From contig CAVQTN010000004.1 of assembly GCA_963716585.1 (NCBI GenBank), positions 371,993 through 435,992 of the forward strand: DNA of 64,000 nucleotides. Reading direction: 5' to 3'. The translations under genes were made by a program, and so were the position numbers. The DNA is from an uncultured Chloroflexia bacterium. GTDB lineage: Bacteria > Chloroflexota > Limnocylindria > QHBO01. A model generated the notes under the pieces. That model was given only the letters and a program-made list of their open reading frames with translations. It searched no databases and had not been told where the DNA came from. Below are positions 10,437 to 21,883 of this stretch, in pieces. Position 1 is the first letter of the stretch, and each line of letters starts with the position of its first letter.

Positions 10437-11636
10437 TCAGGCGTTCGACGCGCGGGAAGCGAAGGGCAGCCGCCATCGGCGTGCCGGGGCCGGGGATTCC
10501 ATCGCCGCCTGGCGCGTCACCAGCCGAGCGATGTTGTGCAGGTCCGTGCTGATCCGATCCTTCGGGAACTTGGTGATCAGCGGGCGTCCCTCGTTGGCCG
10601 CGATCACGGCCTTGGGGCCGTTCGACACGACCGTCGCCGAGATGGGAAGGCCCAGCGACTGCGACATGTCATGCAGGGACACGCCATGGTTCGCGCGGTT
10701 CACGATCACGCGCACGACGTCGCCGAGACCGACCTGCCGAGCCAGCTCGAGGAACTGTGACGAGTTTCGGATTGGGCCGACCTCCGGTGTGACCACCAGA
10801 AAGATCTCGTTCGCCACGGTCAGCATGGCCATCGTCCGATCGTCGTAGCCGGGGTGGTTGTCGATGATGACGTAGGCGTGGTGCGAACGTCCCCATTTCA
10901 ACGCGGCGAGCAGCAGATCAACCCCGACCTTCTCCGAGTCTCCCGGCTCGTTGCCCCACGTCAGCACCCGCAGACCGCTGCCCTGATGGGTCGCGGTGAG
11001 GTGCTCGAAGGCCGCATCGTTCCACTCCGACCGGTCACTGTCGGCAAGATCGACGAGGCCCATGCTGCTCGGAACCTGGAGCACTGAGGTCACGTTGCCG
11101 ACCCCGACGTCGGCATCGAGCAGCAGGACGCGCTCCCGCGTCTGCTCACGCAGCGCGACCGCCAGGTTGACCGCGATCGTCGTCTTCCCGACGCCGCCCT
11201 TTGGAGCGAAGACGCTGATGGCCCGACCCTCGCCGATCGGCCCGGCCGCGTCGTCCACCGGCGTGGCGGACGGATCCGCGGGCATCTCGTGTCCCGCACG
11301 AATCAGCAGAGCCTGCAGCCGATACACAAGAGCGTCGGCCTGCAGTGGCTTGAGGGCGAGTTCGTCGGTGGCGCCCCATTGCTCGGTGAAGTCGGGCGAC
11401 TCGTCGCCGAAGAGCAGTAGCGTGGGGGTCGCGCGCTCGCTGTGGAGAAGATCGTGGAGCTGGCGGACGGTCCCCGGATCGGCGTCGCAGTCGAGGACCG
11501 CGAGATCAAACGTCGCGCCCTCCGACAGCGCCTCGCCGATCTTCTCGTGTACGACGGCGAAGCCGGCTCGATCGAGCGCGCTGACGTACTCGTCGGCATC
11601 TCCGGCGAGCGCCAGGAGGACGGTGGGTCGCTCCAT
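10437..11636 (-). CDS. Receiver-like domain plus MinD/ParA-type ATPase (CpaE/TadZ-like)
   Basis: N-terminal REC-like segment (FDLAVLD...LALKP), deviant Walker A APKGGVGKTT, LLDAD; RBS-like GAAGG before ATG 11636. Confidence 0.85.
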   Translation of the reverse strand: MERPTVLLALAGDADEYVSALDRAGFAVVHEKIGEALSEGATFDLAVLDCDADPGTVRQLHDLLHSERATPTLLLFGDESPDFTEQWGATDELALKPLQADALVYRLQALLIRAGHEMPADPSATPVDDAAGPIGEGRAISVFAPKGGVGKTTIAVNLAVALREQTRERVLLLDADVGVGNVTSVLQVPSSMGLVDLADSDRSEWNDAAFEHLTATHQGSGLRVLTWGNEPGDSEKVGVDLLLAALKWGRSHHAYVIIDNHPGYDDRTMAMLTVANEIFLVVTPEVGPIRNSSQFLELARQVGLGDVVRVIVNRANHGVSLHDMSQSLGLPISATVVSNGPKAVIAANEGRPLITKFPKDRISTDLHNIARLVTRQAAMESPAPARRWRLPFASRASNA

Positions 11637-11745
11637 TCGAATCCTTCCCGGTGGGGGTACGGTGACTGACCGCACCAGTGTCGGACCGACCGAACCGGAC
11701 GACAATGGGACCGGGGGCCAATGGCCGCCGCAGAAGGTACTAGCG

Positions 11746-12477
11746 CTACGCCCCGCGCAGCATGCGCATGCCGCACTTCGGACAGTAGAACGCGGCGGCA
11801 CTCCCCGCCTCGAACCCGCAATGGGCACAGGTCAGCCCTGACCGGGCGCCGAGGGTCGGCAGCCGTGCCTGATCGGCGGCGCCGAGGCTGTAGCCGGAGG
11901 CCACCACCTGCTGGTAGAGGCTGGAGAGCAGCTTCTGGCCGACGCGTTCGGTGTCGCCGCGCAGCCCCTTGCCGCCCCAGCCGACGACGGCGCGCACGAT
12001 CAGCTCGCCCGAGAGCTCGTCCCAGTGGCTCGCCAGACCGCCGACCACGGCGTTGTAGCTCGGGTAGCCGCTGGTATCGGTCTCCCCGTAGAGGAGCCCG
12101 CAGACGAACGTGTCGACCGTCATGTCGAGGGCGTCGGTCAGCTCGAGCACATACAGCCCGTGGCGCCCGATCGGTCCGAGCTCGCGCCGCGCCAGGACCC
12201 ATTGTTGCATCTCGTTGAAACGCTCCAGCGTGGGGGCCGCGTCGCTGTACTCCAATGGCAGCGGCTCGATCACCTCGGGCGGGGTCTGGCTCAGCGGCTC
12301 GACGATGCCAGGCAGCATCGCGACCACGCCCGCGTCGGCCTGCATCCGCAGCCCGTCGCTGCTGCGCGCCACGAAATTGAGCTTGAGCGCGTACTGCTGC
12401 GCAGACACATCCTCCTGCACCGGCGTCGGCGGCCCAGGCTGGTCCTCGTCCTTCTTCCTGTGTCTCAGAAACGACAT
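11746..12477 (-). CDS. Hypothetical protein with C-terminal zinc ribbon
   Basis: RBS GAGGAG, coding-like codon bias, C-terminal CAHCG...YCPKCG. Confidence 0.8.
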   Translation of the reverse strand: MSFLRHRKKDEDQPGPPTPVQEDVSAQQYALKLNFVARSSDGLRMQADAGVVAMLPGIVEPLSQTPPEVIEPLPLEYSDAAPTLERFNEMQQWVLARRELGPIGRHGLYVLELTDALDMTVDTFVCGLLYGETDTSGYPSYNAVVGGLASHWDELSGELIVRAVVGWGGKGLRGDTERVGQKLLSSLYQQVVASGYSLGAADQARLPTLGARSGLTCAHCGFEAGSAAAFYCPKCGMRMLRGA

Positions 12478-12580
12478 GCGCGCGAGCTCCTCGTTGTCCG
12501 ATGGGCGCGGCCGATTCTAACAGGCGTTCCAGGCCGACCGGCTATAGCCCGATGGGCGGGTCGCCAGGCCGACGGGCGGC

Positions 12581-15247
12581 CTACCCAAGCTGGCGGAGCT
12601 GGGCCTCCAGCTCCACGAGCCGCGCCCGCTCCCTGCCGACAACCTCGGCCGGCGCGCGCTCGACGAAGGACCGGTTGCCGAGCAGCCCGCGCAGCCGATC
12701 GATAGCTGCCTGCAGCTCGGCCACCTGGCGGGTGCGGCGCTCTGCGGCGGCGTGCTCTTCGCCGGAATCCGTCGTGAGCCACGCCGCGCCGAGAGGCGTC
12801 GCGGCCACCGCGGCCGGCCGTTCGGCGCCGGTCACCACGACGAGCGGCCGAGCCCGGGTCATCGGCCCCAGGTAGGCCATACCGCGCTCGATCGCCCCCC
12901 GCTGCGCGTCCCCCGGCGGCGCGATGCTGAGCGGCATCCATGCGCCCGCCGCGACGCCGGCGGCCGTTCGCAGGTTGCGCACCTCGCGAATCGTGGCGGT
13001 CAGCTGGTCCATCTCGCCCTCGATCCCGACCTCGCGCGCGCCCGCCACCGGCCACGCCGCGACCATGAGCAGCGCGGCGCCACCGGTGACCTCCGGCGCG
13101 GCGATGTTCAGCGCCGACCAGATCTCCTCGGTCACGAACGGCATCAGCGGATGCAATACGCGCAGCAGGTCGGCGAGGCCTGCTGCCAGGCTGTGCCAGA
13201 CCCGCGCGCGGTCGCCCGGACCGGCGTCCTCGCGGCGCAGCTCCAGCTTCGTCATCTCCACGAACCAGTCCGCGTAGTCGCTCCAGGCGAGCTCGTGCGC
13301 CGTGGCTGCGTAGCCGGCGAGGTCGAGGGCGTCCAGCTGGGCCGTGGCGCGCTCGACGCCGCCCGCGATCCGCGACCGCATCCAGGTCTCGGCCAGCGAC
13401 GGTTCGCCCTCGGCCTCGGCCGCCTCGGCGGGGCGCGCGCCGAGGACAAACCGGGCGACGTTCCAGAGTTTGTTCGTGAAGTTGCGCGCGCCCTCGATCT
13501 TGGCGTCGGTCAGCACCTGGTCATGGCCCGGTGACGTGCCGGCGACCAGGGCGAAGCGCAGGGCATCGGCCCCCACCTCGTCGACCAGCTGCAGCGGATC
13601 GATCACGTTGCCCTTGGTCTTGCTCATCTTCACGCCGCCGGCGGCGCGCACCAGGCCATGCAGGTAGACGGTGCGGAACGGCTCGGTATCGGTGCAGAAC
13701 AGCCCGAGCATCATCATCCGGGCGACCCAGAAGAAGAGGATGTCGTAGCCGGTCTCCATGACGGTGGTCGGATAGAAGCGGGCCAGGTCCGTCGTCGCTT
13801 CCGGCCAGCCGAGCGTCGAGAAGGGCCACAGGCCCGAGCTGAACCAGGTGTCGAAGATGTCGGTCTCCTGCGTCAGTTCGGCGACCGGCCGGCCGCACTC
13901 GGCGCAGGCATCCGGCCCGGCCTCGGCGTCGGACACCGTGACGTGGCCGTCCGGGCAGAACCAGGCCGGAATGCGATGGCCCCACCACAGCTGCCGGCCC
14001 ACCGCCCAGTCGTGGATGTTCTCCATCCAGTGCACGTAGACCTTCGTGAGGTGCGTCGGCGTGATCTCGGTCCGTCCTTCTCTGACCGATGCCAGCGCGC
14101 GTTCGGCGAGCGGCTGCACGCGGATGAACCACTGCACGGAGAGGCGCGGCTCGACGACGGTGCCACACCGCTCGCAGTGGCCCACCGCCATCTCATGTGG
14201 CACCTCCGCCTCGAGGTCACCGGCGGCCCGCAGCCGCTCGACGATCTCCTGGCGCGCCGCATACCGATCGAGGCCCGCGAACTCGCCTCCCTGCTCGTTG
14301 ACCCGAGCCTGTTCGTCGAAGATGCTGATCGCCGGCAGGCCGTGCCGCTTGCCGAGCTCGTAGTCGTTGGCATCGTGTGCCGGAGTGATCTTCACCGCGC
14401 CCGTGCCGAACTCGCGGTCGACCGCCTCGTCGGCGACGATGGGCAGCCGGCGACCCACGAACGGAAGGACTGCGTTGCGGCCAACCAGCGGCCGGTAGCG
14501 CTCATCGTCGGGATGGACCGCCACCGCCGTGTCGCCGAGCATCGTCTCGGGGCGAGTGGTGGCCACGCTGATCCACGCGTCGGGATCCGGCGTGCCGTCG
14601 TCGCGCTCGAGGTGGTAGCGAATCGTCCACAACCCGCCGGTCTCGTCGCGGTGGACAGTCTCGAGGTCGCTGATGGTCGTCAGGCAACGCGGGCACCAGG
14701 TCACCAGGGCCTCGCCACGGTATGCCAGCCCGGCGTCCCACAGCCGCTTGAAGGCGGTGCGCACTGCCCTCGCGCTGACCTCGTCCATCGTGAACCGCTC
14801 GCGACTCCAGTCGAGGCTGCAGCCCATCCGGGCCAGCTGCTCGCGGATAACCGGTCGCGTCGCGTTGATGAACCGCCACATGCGCTCGAGGTAGCGTTCC
14901 CGGCCGAGCGACACCCTGCTCTCCCCCTCGCCAGCGAGGATCCGGTCGAGCACCAGCTGTGCGGCGATGCTGGCATGGTCAAGGCCGGGCACCCACAGCG
15001 TGTCGTCGCCGCGCATGCGGTGGTAGCGGATCATCATGTCCTCGACGCTGAACGTCAGCGCGTGACCGATATGCAGCGCCCCCGTGACGTTCGGCGGAGG
15101 TTGGGTGATGACGAAGCGCTCGGCCCCGGGTCGCGGCTCGTCGCTGGGGCGGAACGCGCCGCTCGCCTGCCAGCGGTCGTAGATCGCGCGCTCGACGGCC
15201 GCCGGCTCGTAGCGCGGCGCCAACTCGGCGGTTGTCTGCGTTGTCAT
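12581..15247 (-). CDS. valS: Valine--tRNA ligase
   Basis: PPPNVTGALHIGH, WCPRC..TISDLE, VATTRPETMLGD, KMSKT motifs; C-terminal coiled coil. Confidence 0.98.
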   Translation of the reverse strand: MTTQTTAELAPRYEPAAVERAIYDRWQASGAFRPSDEPRPGAERFVITQPPPNVTGALHIGHALTFSVEDMMIRYHRMRGDDTLWVPGLDHASIAAQLVLDRILAGEGESRVSLGRERYLERMWRFINATRPVIREQLARMGCSLDWSRERFTMDEVSARAVRTAFKRLWDAGLAYRGEALVTWCPRCLTTISDLETVHRDETGGLWTIRYHLERDDGTPDPDAWISVATTRPETMLGDTAVAVHPDDERYRPLVGRNAVLPFVGRRLPIVADEAVDREFGTGAVKITPAHDANDYELGKRHGLPAISIFDEQARVNEQGGEFAGLDRYAARQEIVERLRAAGDLEAEVPHEMAVGHCERCGTVVEPRLSVQWFIRVQPLAERALASVREGRTEITPTHLTKVYVHWMENIHDWAVGRQLWWGHRIPAWFCPDGHVTVSDAEAGPDACAECGRPVAELTQETDIFDTWFSSGLWPFSTLGWPEATTDLARFYPTTVMETGYDILFFWVARMMMLGLFCTDTEPFRTVYLHGLVRAAGGVKMSKTKGNVIDPLQLVDEVGADALRFALVAGTSPGHDQVLTDAKIEGARNFTNKLWNVARFVLGARPAEAAEAEGEPSLAETWMRSRIAGGVERATAQLDALDLAGYAATAHELAWSDYADWFVEMTKLELRREDAGPGDRARVWHSLAAGLADLLRVLHPLMPFVTEEIWSALNIAAPEVTGGAALLMVAAWPVAGAREVGIEGEMDQLTATIREVRNLRTAAGVAAGAWMPLSIAPPGDAQRGAIERGMAYLGPMTRARPLVVVTGAERPAAVAATPLGAAWLTTDSGEEHAAAERRTRQVAELQAAIDRLRGLLGNRSFVERAPAEVVGRERARLVELEAQLRQLG

Positions 15248-15273
15248 TTCATGGCCTCAATTGCGCCGCATGC

Positions 15274-15486
15274 AGAAACCCGCTCGTCGAAGGACGAGCG
15301 GGTCGTCGTGGTACCACCTTCGTTCGCACCGGTCCAGGAGGGCCCGGCGCCTCGATCCCGCGCTAACGGGCGGACCCCGGCCGGCTCGCGTGCGACGTTC
15401 GCTCTCTCGTGCCGGGGCGGGCTTGCAGCCGGTGGCCCGCCGTCTCTAGCGGCCGTCGAAGAGGTACTCCTCACGGTCAATGCCGT
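15274..15486 (-). ncRNA. T-box riboswitch leader of valS
   Basis: T-box AAGGUGGUACCACG (15320-15307) can pair with CGUCCUU (antiterminator). It overlaps an 11-bp terminator stem (15303-15278) followed by UUUCU. Stem I has AGAGA/GGCUG motifs, a candidate GUC (Val) specifier sits at 15396-15394, and a TAGACT -10 at 15498-15493. Confidence 0.88.
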
Positions 15487-15516
15487 GCGGCGAGTCTAGC
15501 ACTCCGTGTCGAGAGG

Positions 15517-16767
15517 TCAGCGCGAGCGGTTGACCGTGACCCGCAGGGTCCCGTCCGACTGGCGTTCCATCTCGGCGTTGCCGTTCTCCATCCCGCTGAT
15601 CACCGCCGCGACGTCGAAGTCGGCGTCATGCGTGGCGCGGTACACGAACTCTCCGGTCGGTCCCAGGCTCAGGCTGACCGAGCGAATGCCCACGACCTTC
15701 TCGAGCGACTGCTTGAACGAGGTGATCGCGCCGAAGCTGCCGAGGCCCTTGACCACGATCCCGGTCGCGACCTCACCGTTCGCGTCCTGCGCTGGCACTG
15801 CCGCCGCACCGCCCTCAGCGGCCGGCTGAAGCTGGCGGTCGAGCTCGGCCAGGCGCTCCTCGAGGCTCGGCTCGGGCGAAGGCGCCTCGACAGGCGCGGC
15901 GGTCCCGTTCGCCGAGACCGCGGGCGCGCCCTGCTCCTTATCGATACCAAGCATCGTCAGGCGCGAAGCGAGCGACTCGTCCGCTCGGGGCGCAGGAGGG
16001 GGACTCTGCGTCACGGCGGCAGCCTCCAGCGACGGCGCGGCGGGCATCCGCTTTGCCGCGGTGACGAATGCCGCGGGATCCTTGATCTCGGCGAGCTGCG
16101 TGAAGAATGCACCCAGCTGGCGCTCGTGGTCGGCCAGGCGAGCGCGCATCGCAGCAACGTCCCGCTCGGTACTCTCGGAATGCCCGTGAAGCTGCTCTTC
16201 GAGCTGCTGGCGTCGCGCTGCGACCTTGCCCTCCGCTTCGGCGCGGATGCGCTCCTGCTCATCGCGCTCCCAGTCGCCAAACCCCTTGATGTCCAGCTCG
16301 GATCGGCGACGCAGATCCTCTGCGCGCTCCGCGCCACGCTCGCCGACCTGCTCGACGCGCTTCTCGACCAGGGCCCGAAGCTCGGACAGGCTCCTGTCAC
16401 GCGCCTCCTCGGCCACCTTGCGCATGGCGTCGACCAGGTCCTGCAGGAACGGATCGGCCGGCCCACTCGTTGCCGCCGGAGCATCCGGCGCCTCGATTGC
16501 CCCCGGAGCCGCGTCCGCGGCCGCTGGCGAGGAAGCCGCCGACGCGGGCATCTCGGCTGCGCTCGGCTGCAGCGGAGACGTCGCGCCCGGCGCGCCGGCG
16601 ACGGGGGCGTGGTCGGTTGCGGCCATCGCCGGTGTCGGCTCCGCGCCGGACGGCTCGCCTGCCGTCGCGGGCGCGCCGGGCTGCGCATCCGGCGCAGCGT
16701 CGGTCGGCTGCTCGGCATCCGCGCTCCAGGGGAGGCGGAAGCCCGGACGCCGTGGGGTTGAATTCAT
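15517..16767 (-). CDS. Hypothetical protein: disordered Ala/Pro N-region, coiled coil, small C-terminal alpha/beta domain
   Basis: 416-aa ORF with strong GC3 bias; heptad-rich E/R/A stretch; no family recognised. Confidence 0.75.
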   Translation of the reverse strand: MNSTPRRPGFRLPWSADAEQPTDAAPDAQPGAPATAGEPSGAEPTPAMAATDHAPVAGAPGATSPLQPSAAEMPASAASSPAAADAAPGAIEAPDAPAATSGPADPFLQDLVDAMRKVAEEARDRSLSELRALVEKRVEQVGERGAERAEDLRRRSELDIKGFGDWERDEQERIRAEAEGKVAARRQQLEEQLHGHSESTERDVAAMRARLADHERQLGAFFTQLAEIKDPAAFVTAAKRMPAAPSLEAAAVTQSPPPAPRADESLASRLTMLGIDKEQGAPAVSANGTAAPVEAPSPEPSLEERLAELDRQLQPAAEGGAAAVPAQDANGEVATGIVVKGLGSFGAITSFKQSLEKVVGIRSVSLSLGPTGEFVYRATHDADFDVAAVISGMENGNAEMERQSDGTLRVTVNRSR

Positions 16768-16907
16768 CGAGTGTCACCTGTGCGTTGAGATGCCCATCGG
16801 TGGGCTGCGGTCATCCTAGCCCGTTGACGTGGTGCACCCCGAGCGTTCGAAAGTACCGGCCGGATGACCCGGTCGTACGGCCCCGCATGATTGCTACCAT
16901 CGCCGCG

Positions 16908-17806
16908 ATGACGATCTTCGGTTCCGAGGTTCATCTCGCGTCGTGGGCCGCCCAGCTGCTGGCGCTGGCCGCCATCGGCCTGGTGGCCCTGATTGCCTAC
17001 GTCGGGCTGCGCACCACGACCCGCCTGGCCGTCCGCCACCTGCTGGAGCGACGCGCCACGCAGGACGCGGGTGACGCGTTCCCGGCCGTCGAACTGGAGC
17101 GCCGGGTTCGCACCCTCGAGCGCCTGGCGCTGCGCGTCGCCGCACTGCTGATCCTGGTGATCGCGACGCTCATGGGGCTCTCGACGTTCAGCGTCGACAT
17201 CGGTCCGGCGGTGGCAGGGCTGGGCGTGGTGGGGATTGCCGTTGGGCTTGGCGCGCAAACGCTCATCAAGGATTGGCTGGCAGGCGTATTCGTGGTGCTC
17301 GAGAACCAGTACAGCCAGGGAGACGTCGTCCACATTGCCGGCGTCGAGGGCGTGGTCGAGGACTTCAGCCTGCGACGCACCGTGCTGCGCGATCTGAACG
17401 GCACGGTCCACTCGGTCCCCAACGGCCAGATCATGGTCGCGTCGAACCTCACGCGCGTCTGGGCGCGGGTCAACCTGGACGTCAGTGTGGGCTACGGGAC
17501 CGATATGCAGACGGCAACCGACCTGATCGACGGCATCGGCCGGGAGCTGCAGGCCGATCCCGAGTGGGGGACGCGCATGCTCGAGGCGCCGGCGGTCGTG
17601 CGGGTCCAAGCACTCGGCGAGAACGGCGTGACGCTGAAGGTGCTCGGGCAGGTCCGTGCCGCCGAGCAGTGGGCCGTCGCCGGGGAGCTGCGGAAGCGGA
17701 TCCTGGCGGCGTTCGCCGAGCATGGCATCGAGATCCCATTCCCGCACCGGGTGATGGTCTCGCCACCGACCGGCCCGGCCGACGGAGCCGCCGCCGACGC
17801 GCCGGA

Positions 17807-17810
<4 letters not shown>
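16908..17810 (+). CDS. mscS: Small-conductance mechanosensitive channel (MscS/YbiO-like)
   Basis: [57 protein letters not shown]; start set by TACCAT-7nt-ATG. Confidence 0.92.
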
Positions 17811-19102
<1,292 letters not shown>

Positions 19103-19171
19103 TTGACCGGCAGGATAGCACGGCACCTTGAGTACTCCCCTGCCGGCCGATGGTCGTGGGATGCTTGCGCG

Positions 19172-19669
19172 GTGCCTGACCGCATCACTATTTCATCGGT
19201 CGAGACCAAACTGGGACCGATGCTGCTGGCGACCTCTGCGCGCGGCATCCTGGCCGTCGGTCACGGGACCGATGCGACCGGGCTGCTGAGCGCGCTGAAG
19301 CGGCGGCTCCCCCACGCGGAGGTCGTGTCGGGGTCGAGCAACCGCGCCGCCTGGCTGGAGCTGTGGGCCGCCGGCGAGCGAATTGCGGCGCCGCCGGTCG
19401 ACCTGCGCGGCCTGTCGACATTTGATGTCGACGTCTACCGGGCCGTCCGCCGCGTGGGCTGGGGGCAGACTGCCAGCTACGGCGAGGTCGCGGCCGCCAT
19501 CGGGCGCCCCGGCGCCGCGCGGGCCGTCGGCGGCGCCATGAGCCGCTGCCCGCTCTTCCCGGCGGTGCCGTGCCATCGCGTCGTGCGTGCCGCAGACGGC
19601 TGGAGTGGGTGGGGACGCGACGACGGCCTGAAGCGCGGGCTGCTCGCCCGGGAGCAGGCGACCACCTGA
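19172..19669 (+). CDS. ogt: Methylated-DNA--protein-cysteine methyltransferase
   Basis: [10 protein letters not shown]...[10 protein letters not shown] and PCHRVV active-site motif; the GTG 19172 start is inferred. Confidence 0.9.
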   Translation: MPDRITISSVETKLGPMLLATSARGILAVGHGTDATGLLSALKRRLPHAEVVSGSSNRAAWLELWAAGERIAAPPVDLRGLSTFDVDVYRAVRRVGWGQTASYGEVAAAIGRPGAARAVGGAMSRCPLFPAVPCHRVVRAADGWSGWGRDDGLKRGLLAREQATT

Positions 19670-19703
19670 CGCGGCATGTCCGCCCAGGCAGGCGCCTGGC
19701 GAC

Positions 19704-20390
19704 CTACTTCTTGGGCTTCGGCTCCGGTGACGCCGCCGCATCCGCCGCGGCCGCAGCCTTGGCATCGGGGACCTGTCCGCGCGCCGCCTGCGTCATGCTG
19801 ATCAGCGACTCGGTGTTGCCGACAAAGACCTCGTCGATGAGGCCGTAGGCCTTGGCCTCCTCGGCGCTCATGAAGTAGTCGCGCTCGGAGTCCTTCTTCA
19901 CCTTGTCGAACTCCTGGCCGGTGTGCTTCGCCAGGATGTGCATCAGCCGGTCGGTCAGATGCATCATCTCGCGCATCTGGATCTCGACGTCGGGGGTATT
20001 GCCGCGGAAGCCGCCGGACCCCTGGTGGATCATGATCCTGCTGTTCGGCAGCGCGAAGCGCTTGGCGGTGGCGCCGGCCGCCAACAGGACCGCGCCCATC
20101 GAGGCAGCCTGGCCGATGCAGATCGTGCTCACCGGTGCCTTGAGGTATTGCATCGTGTCGTAGATCGCCAGCCCGCTGGTCACCACGCCGCCGGGCGAGT
20201 TGACGTACAGCATGATGTCCTTCTCGGAGTCCTCGCTCTCGAGGAAGAGCATCTGGGCGATGATCAGGTTGGCAATGTGGTCCTCGATCGCGTCGCCGAG
20301 GAAGATGATCCGCTCCTTGAGGAGCCGTGAGTAGATGTCGAAGGCACGCTCGCCGCGAGCGCTGCTCTCGATGACCATCGGGACGAGCAT
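19704..20390 (-). CDS. clpP: ATP-dependent Clp protease proteolytic subunit
   Basis: MLVPMVIE...[45 protein letters not shown]. Confidence 0.98.
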   Translation of the reverse strand: MLVPMVIESSARGERAFDIYSRLLKERIIFLGDAIEDHIANLIIAQMLFLESEDSEKDIMLYVNSPGGVVTSGLAIYDTMQYLKAPVSTICIGQAASMGAVLLAAGATAKRFALPNSRIMIHQGSGGFRGNTPDVEIQMREMMHLTDRLMHILAKHTGQEFDKVKKDSERDYFMSAEEAKAYGLIDEVFVGNTESLISMTQAARGQVPDAKAAAAADAAASPEPKPKK

Positions 20391-20393
20391 GAA

Positions 20394-21731
20394 TCACTCC
20401 GTTCCGGGGGAGGCGGGCTGAAGTTCGGGCGTTTCGCCGCCCGGACCGACCGCGCGGTCGATCAGGGCATCCACGAGTTTACGGTTGCGCATCGTCATGC
20501 GCAGGTACGAACGACCGCGGCGCGAGGCCCAGTATTCGGCGAGCTTGGGATCCGGTGTCGGGCCGAGCTGTTCGGCGAGCTCGGCGTCGATCTCGGTGTC
20601 CACGACGTCGATGCCCTCCTTCTCGGCGATCGCCGAGAGTACGAGCAGCGTCTTGACCCGGCGCTGAGCGGGCTCGCGGAGATCGCGTGCCAGCTCCTCG
20701 GGCGACTGCTTGGCCAGCTCCAGGTACTGCTCCATGCCGATGCGCTGCTGGGCCAGGCGGGAGCCAAGCTCGTCGCGCATGATCTCGATCTCATTGGCGA
20801 CCATCACCTCCGGCAGCTCGACCGTCGCGTTGGTCGCCGCGAAGTCGATGATCCGATCGGCGTAGGCGTGCCGTCCCTCTGCCTCGGCTCGCGTGCCGAG
20901 CGCATCGCGGATCTCGGTGCGCAGCTGGTCCATGGTCTGCGCCTCGCCCACCGACTTCGCGAACTCGTCGTCGGGCTCGGGAAGAACGCGCTCGCGCAGG
21001 TCGAGCAGCGTCGCCTCGAAGCGCGCCGGCTTGCCCCGCAGCTGCTCCACGCGGTAGTCCTCGGGGAAGGTGATGTCGAAGCCCTTCGTCTCGTCGATGC
21101 GCATGCCGACCAGGTTGTCCTCCCAGCCGGTGATCATGCGGTCTTCGCCGACGATCAGCGGCATGCGATCGGCACTGCCGCCCTCGAACGGCTCACCATC
21201 GATGGTGCCGACGAACTTGACCGCGACCACGTCGCCCTTCTCCGTCCCGCGATCGTCGACCGGGCGCAGTGAGCCCTGCTGCTCGCGCAGCTCGGTGATC
21301 ACCTGCTCGACCTGCTCATCGGTCACTTCCGGGATCTCCAGCCCAAAGGGGTAGTCGACGTACGCCCCGAGCTGGACCTCGGGCCGGACCGAGACGGTCG
21401 CCGTGAAGCTCACCGGGCTGCCCTCGCTCAGCGTCGCAGGATCCAGGTCGACCTTGGGCTGGTCGATCGGCACGATGTCGATCTGGTCGAGCGCCGCGTC
21501 GTAGCTGGCAGTCACGAGGTGTTCCATGGCCTCGGCAAGCACCGATGCGCGACCGACGAAACGATCGATGACATGCCGCGGCGCCTTGCCCGGGCGGAAA
21601 CCGGGAACGCGCGTCCGCTCCGCCACGTGGCGATAGGCCGTCGCGAAATGGCGATCGACCTCCGTCGGCGGGACGTCGATCTCGAGGACCATCCGCGAGC
21701 CGGTCTCGGGACGGGTGGAAACGGTGACCAA
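20394..21731 (-). CDS. tig: Trigger factor
   Basis: VPGFRPGKAP ribosome-binding motif and FKBP-like domain; TTG 21731 preceded by AGGAG; tRNA-Leu-tig-clpP synteny. Confidence 0.95.
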   Translation of the reverse strand: MVTVSTRPETGSRMVLEIDVPPTEVDRHFATAYRHVAERTRVPGFRPGKAPRHVIDRFVGRASVLAEAMEHLVTASYDAALDQIDIVPIDQPKVDLDPATLSEGSPVSFTATVSVRPEVQLGAYVDYPFGLEIPEVTDEQVEQVITELREQQGSLRPVDDRGTEKGDVVAVKFVGTIDGEPFEGGSADRMPLIVGEDRMITGWEDNLVGMRIDETKGFDITFPEDYRVEQLRGKPARFEATLLDLRERVLPEPDDEFAKSVGEAQTMDQLRTEIRDALGTRAEAEGRHAYADRIIDFAATNATVELPEVMVANEIEIMRDELGSRLAQQRIGMEQYLELAKQSPEELARDLREPAQRRVKTLLVLSAIAEKEGIDVVDTEIDAELAEQLGPTPDPKLAEYWASRRGRSYLRMTMRNRKLVDALIDRAVGPGGETPELQPASPGTE

Positions 21732-21748
21732 GGTTGCTCCTGTCATGG

Positions 21749-21832
21749 TGGTGGGCGAGGCGAGACTCGAACTCGCACGTCTTGCGACACCAGCTCCTAA
21801 AGCTGGCGCGTCTGCCGTTCCGCCACTCGCCC
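21749..21832 (-). tRNA. tRNA-Leu (anticodon TAG)
   Basis: GGGCGAGTGGCGGAACGGCAGACGCGCCAGCTTTAGGAGCTGG...GTTCGAGTCTCGCCTCGCCCACCA: acceptor stem, long variable arm, encoded CCA. Confidence 0.96.
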
Positions 21833-21883
21833 CGCTGCTCCGGGCGAGTCTAGCAAACCTCTCTAGCCTCGCTCGCCGCACGC

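Noticed and set aside
10437-11636. Tad/Flp pilus locus
   Set aside because: Only the CpaE-like ATPase is present; no flp, cpaB, cpaF or tadB/C nearby.
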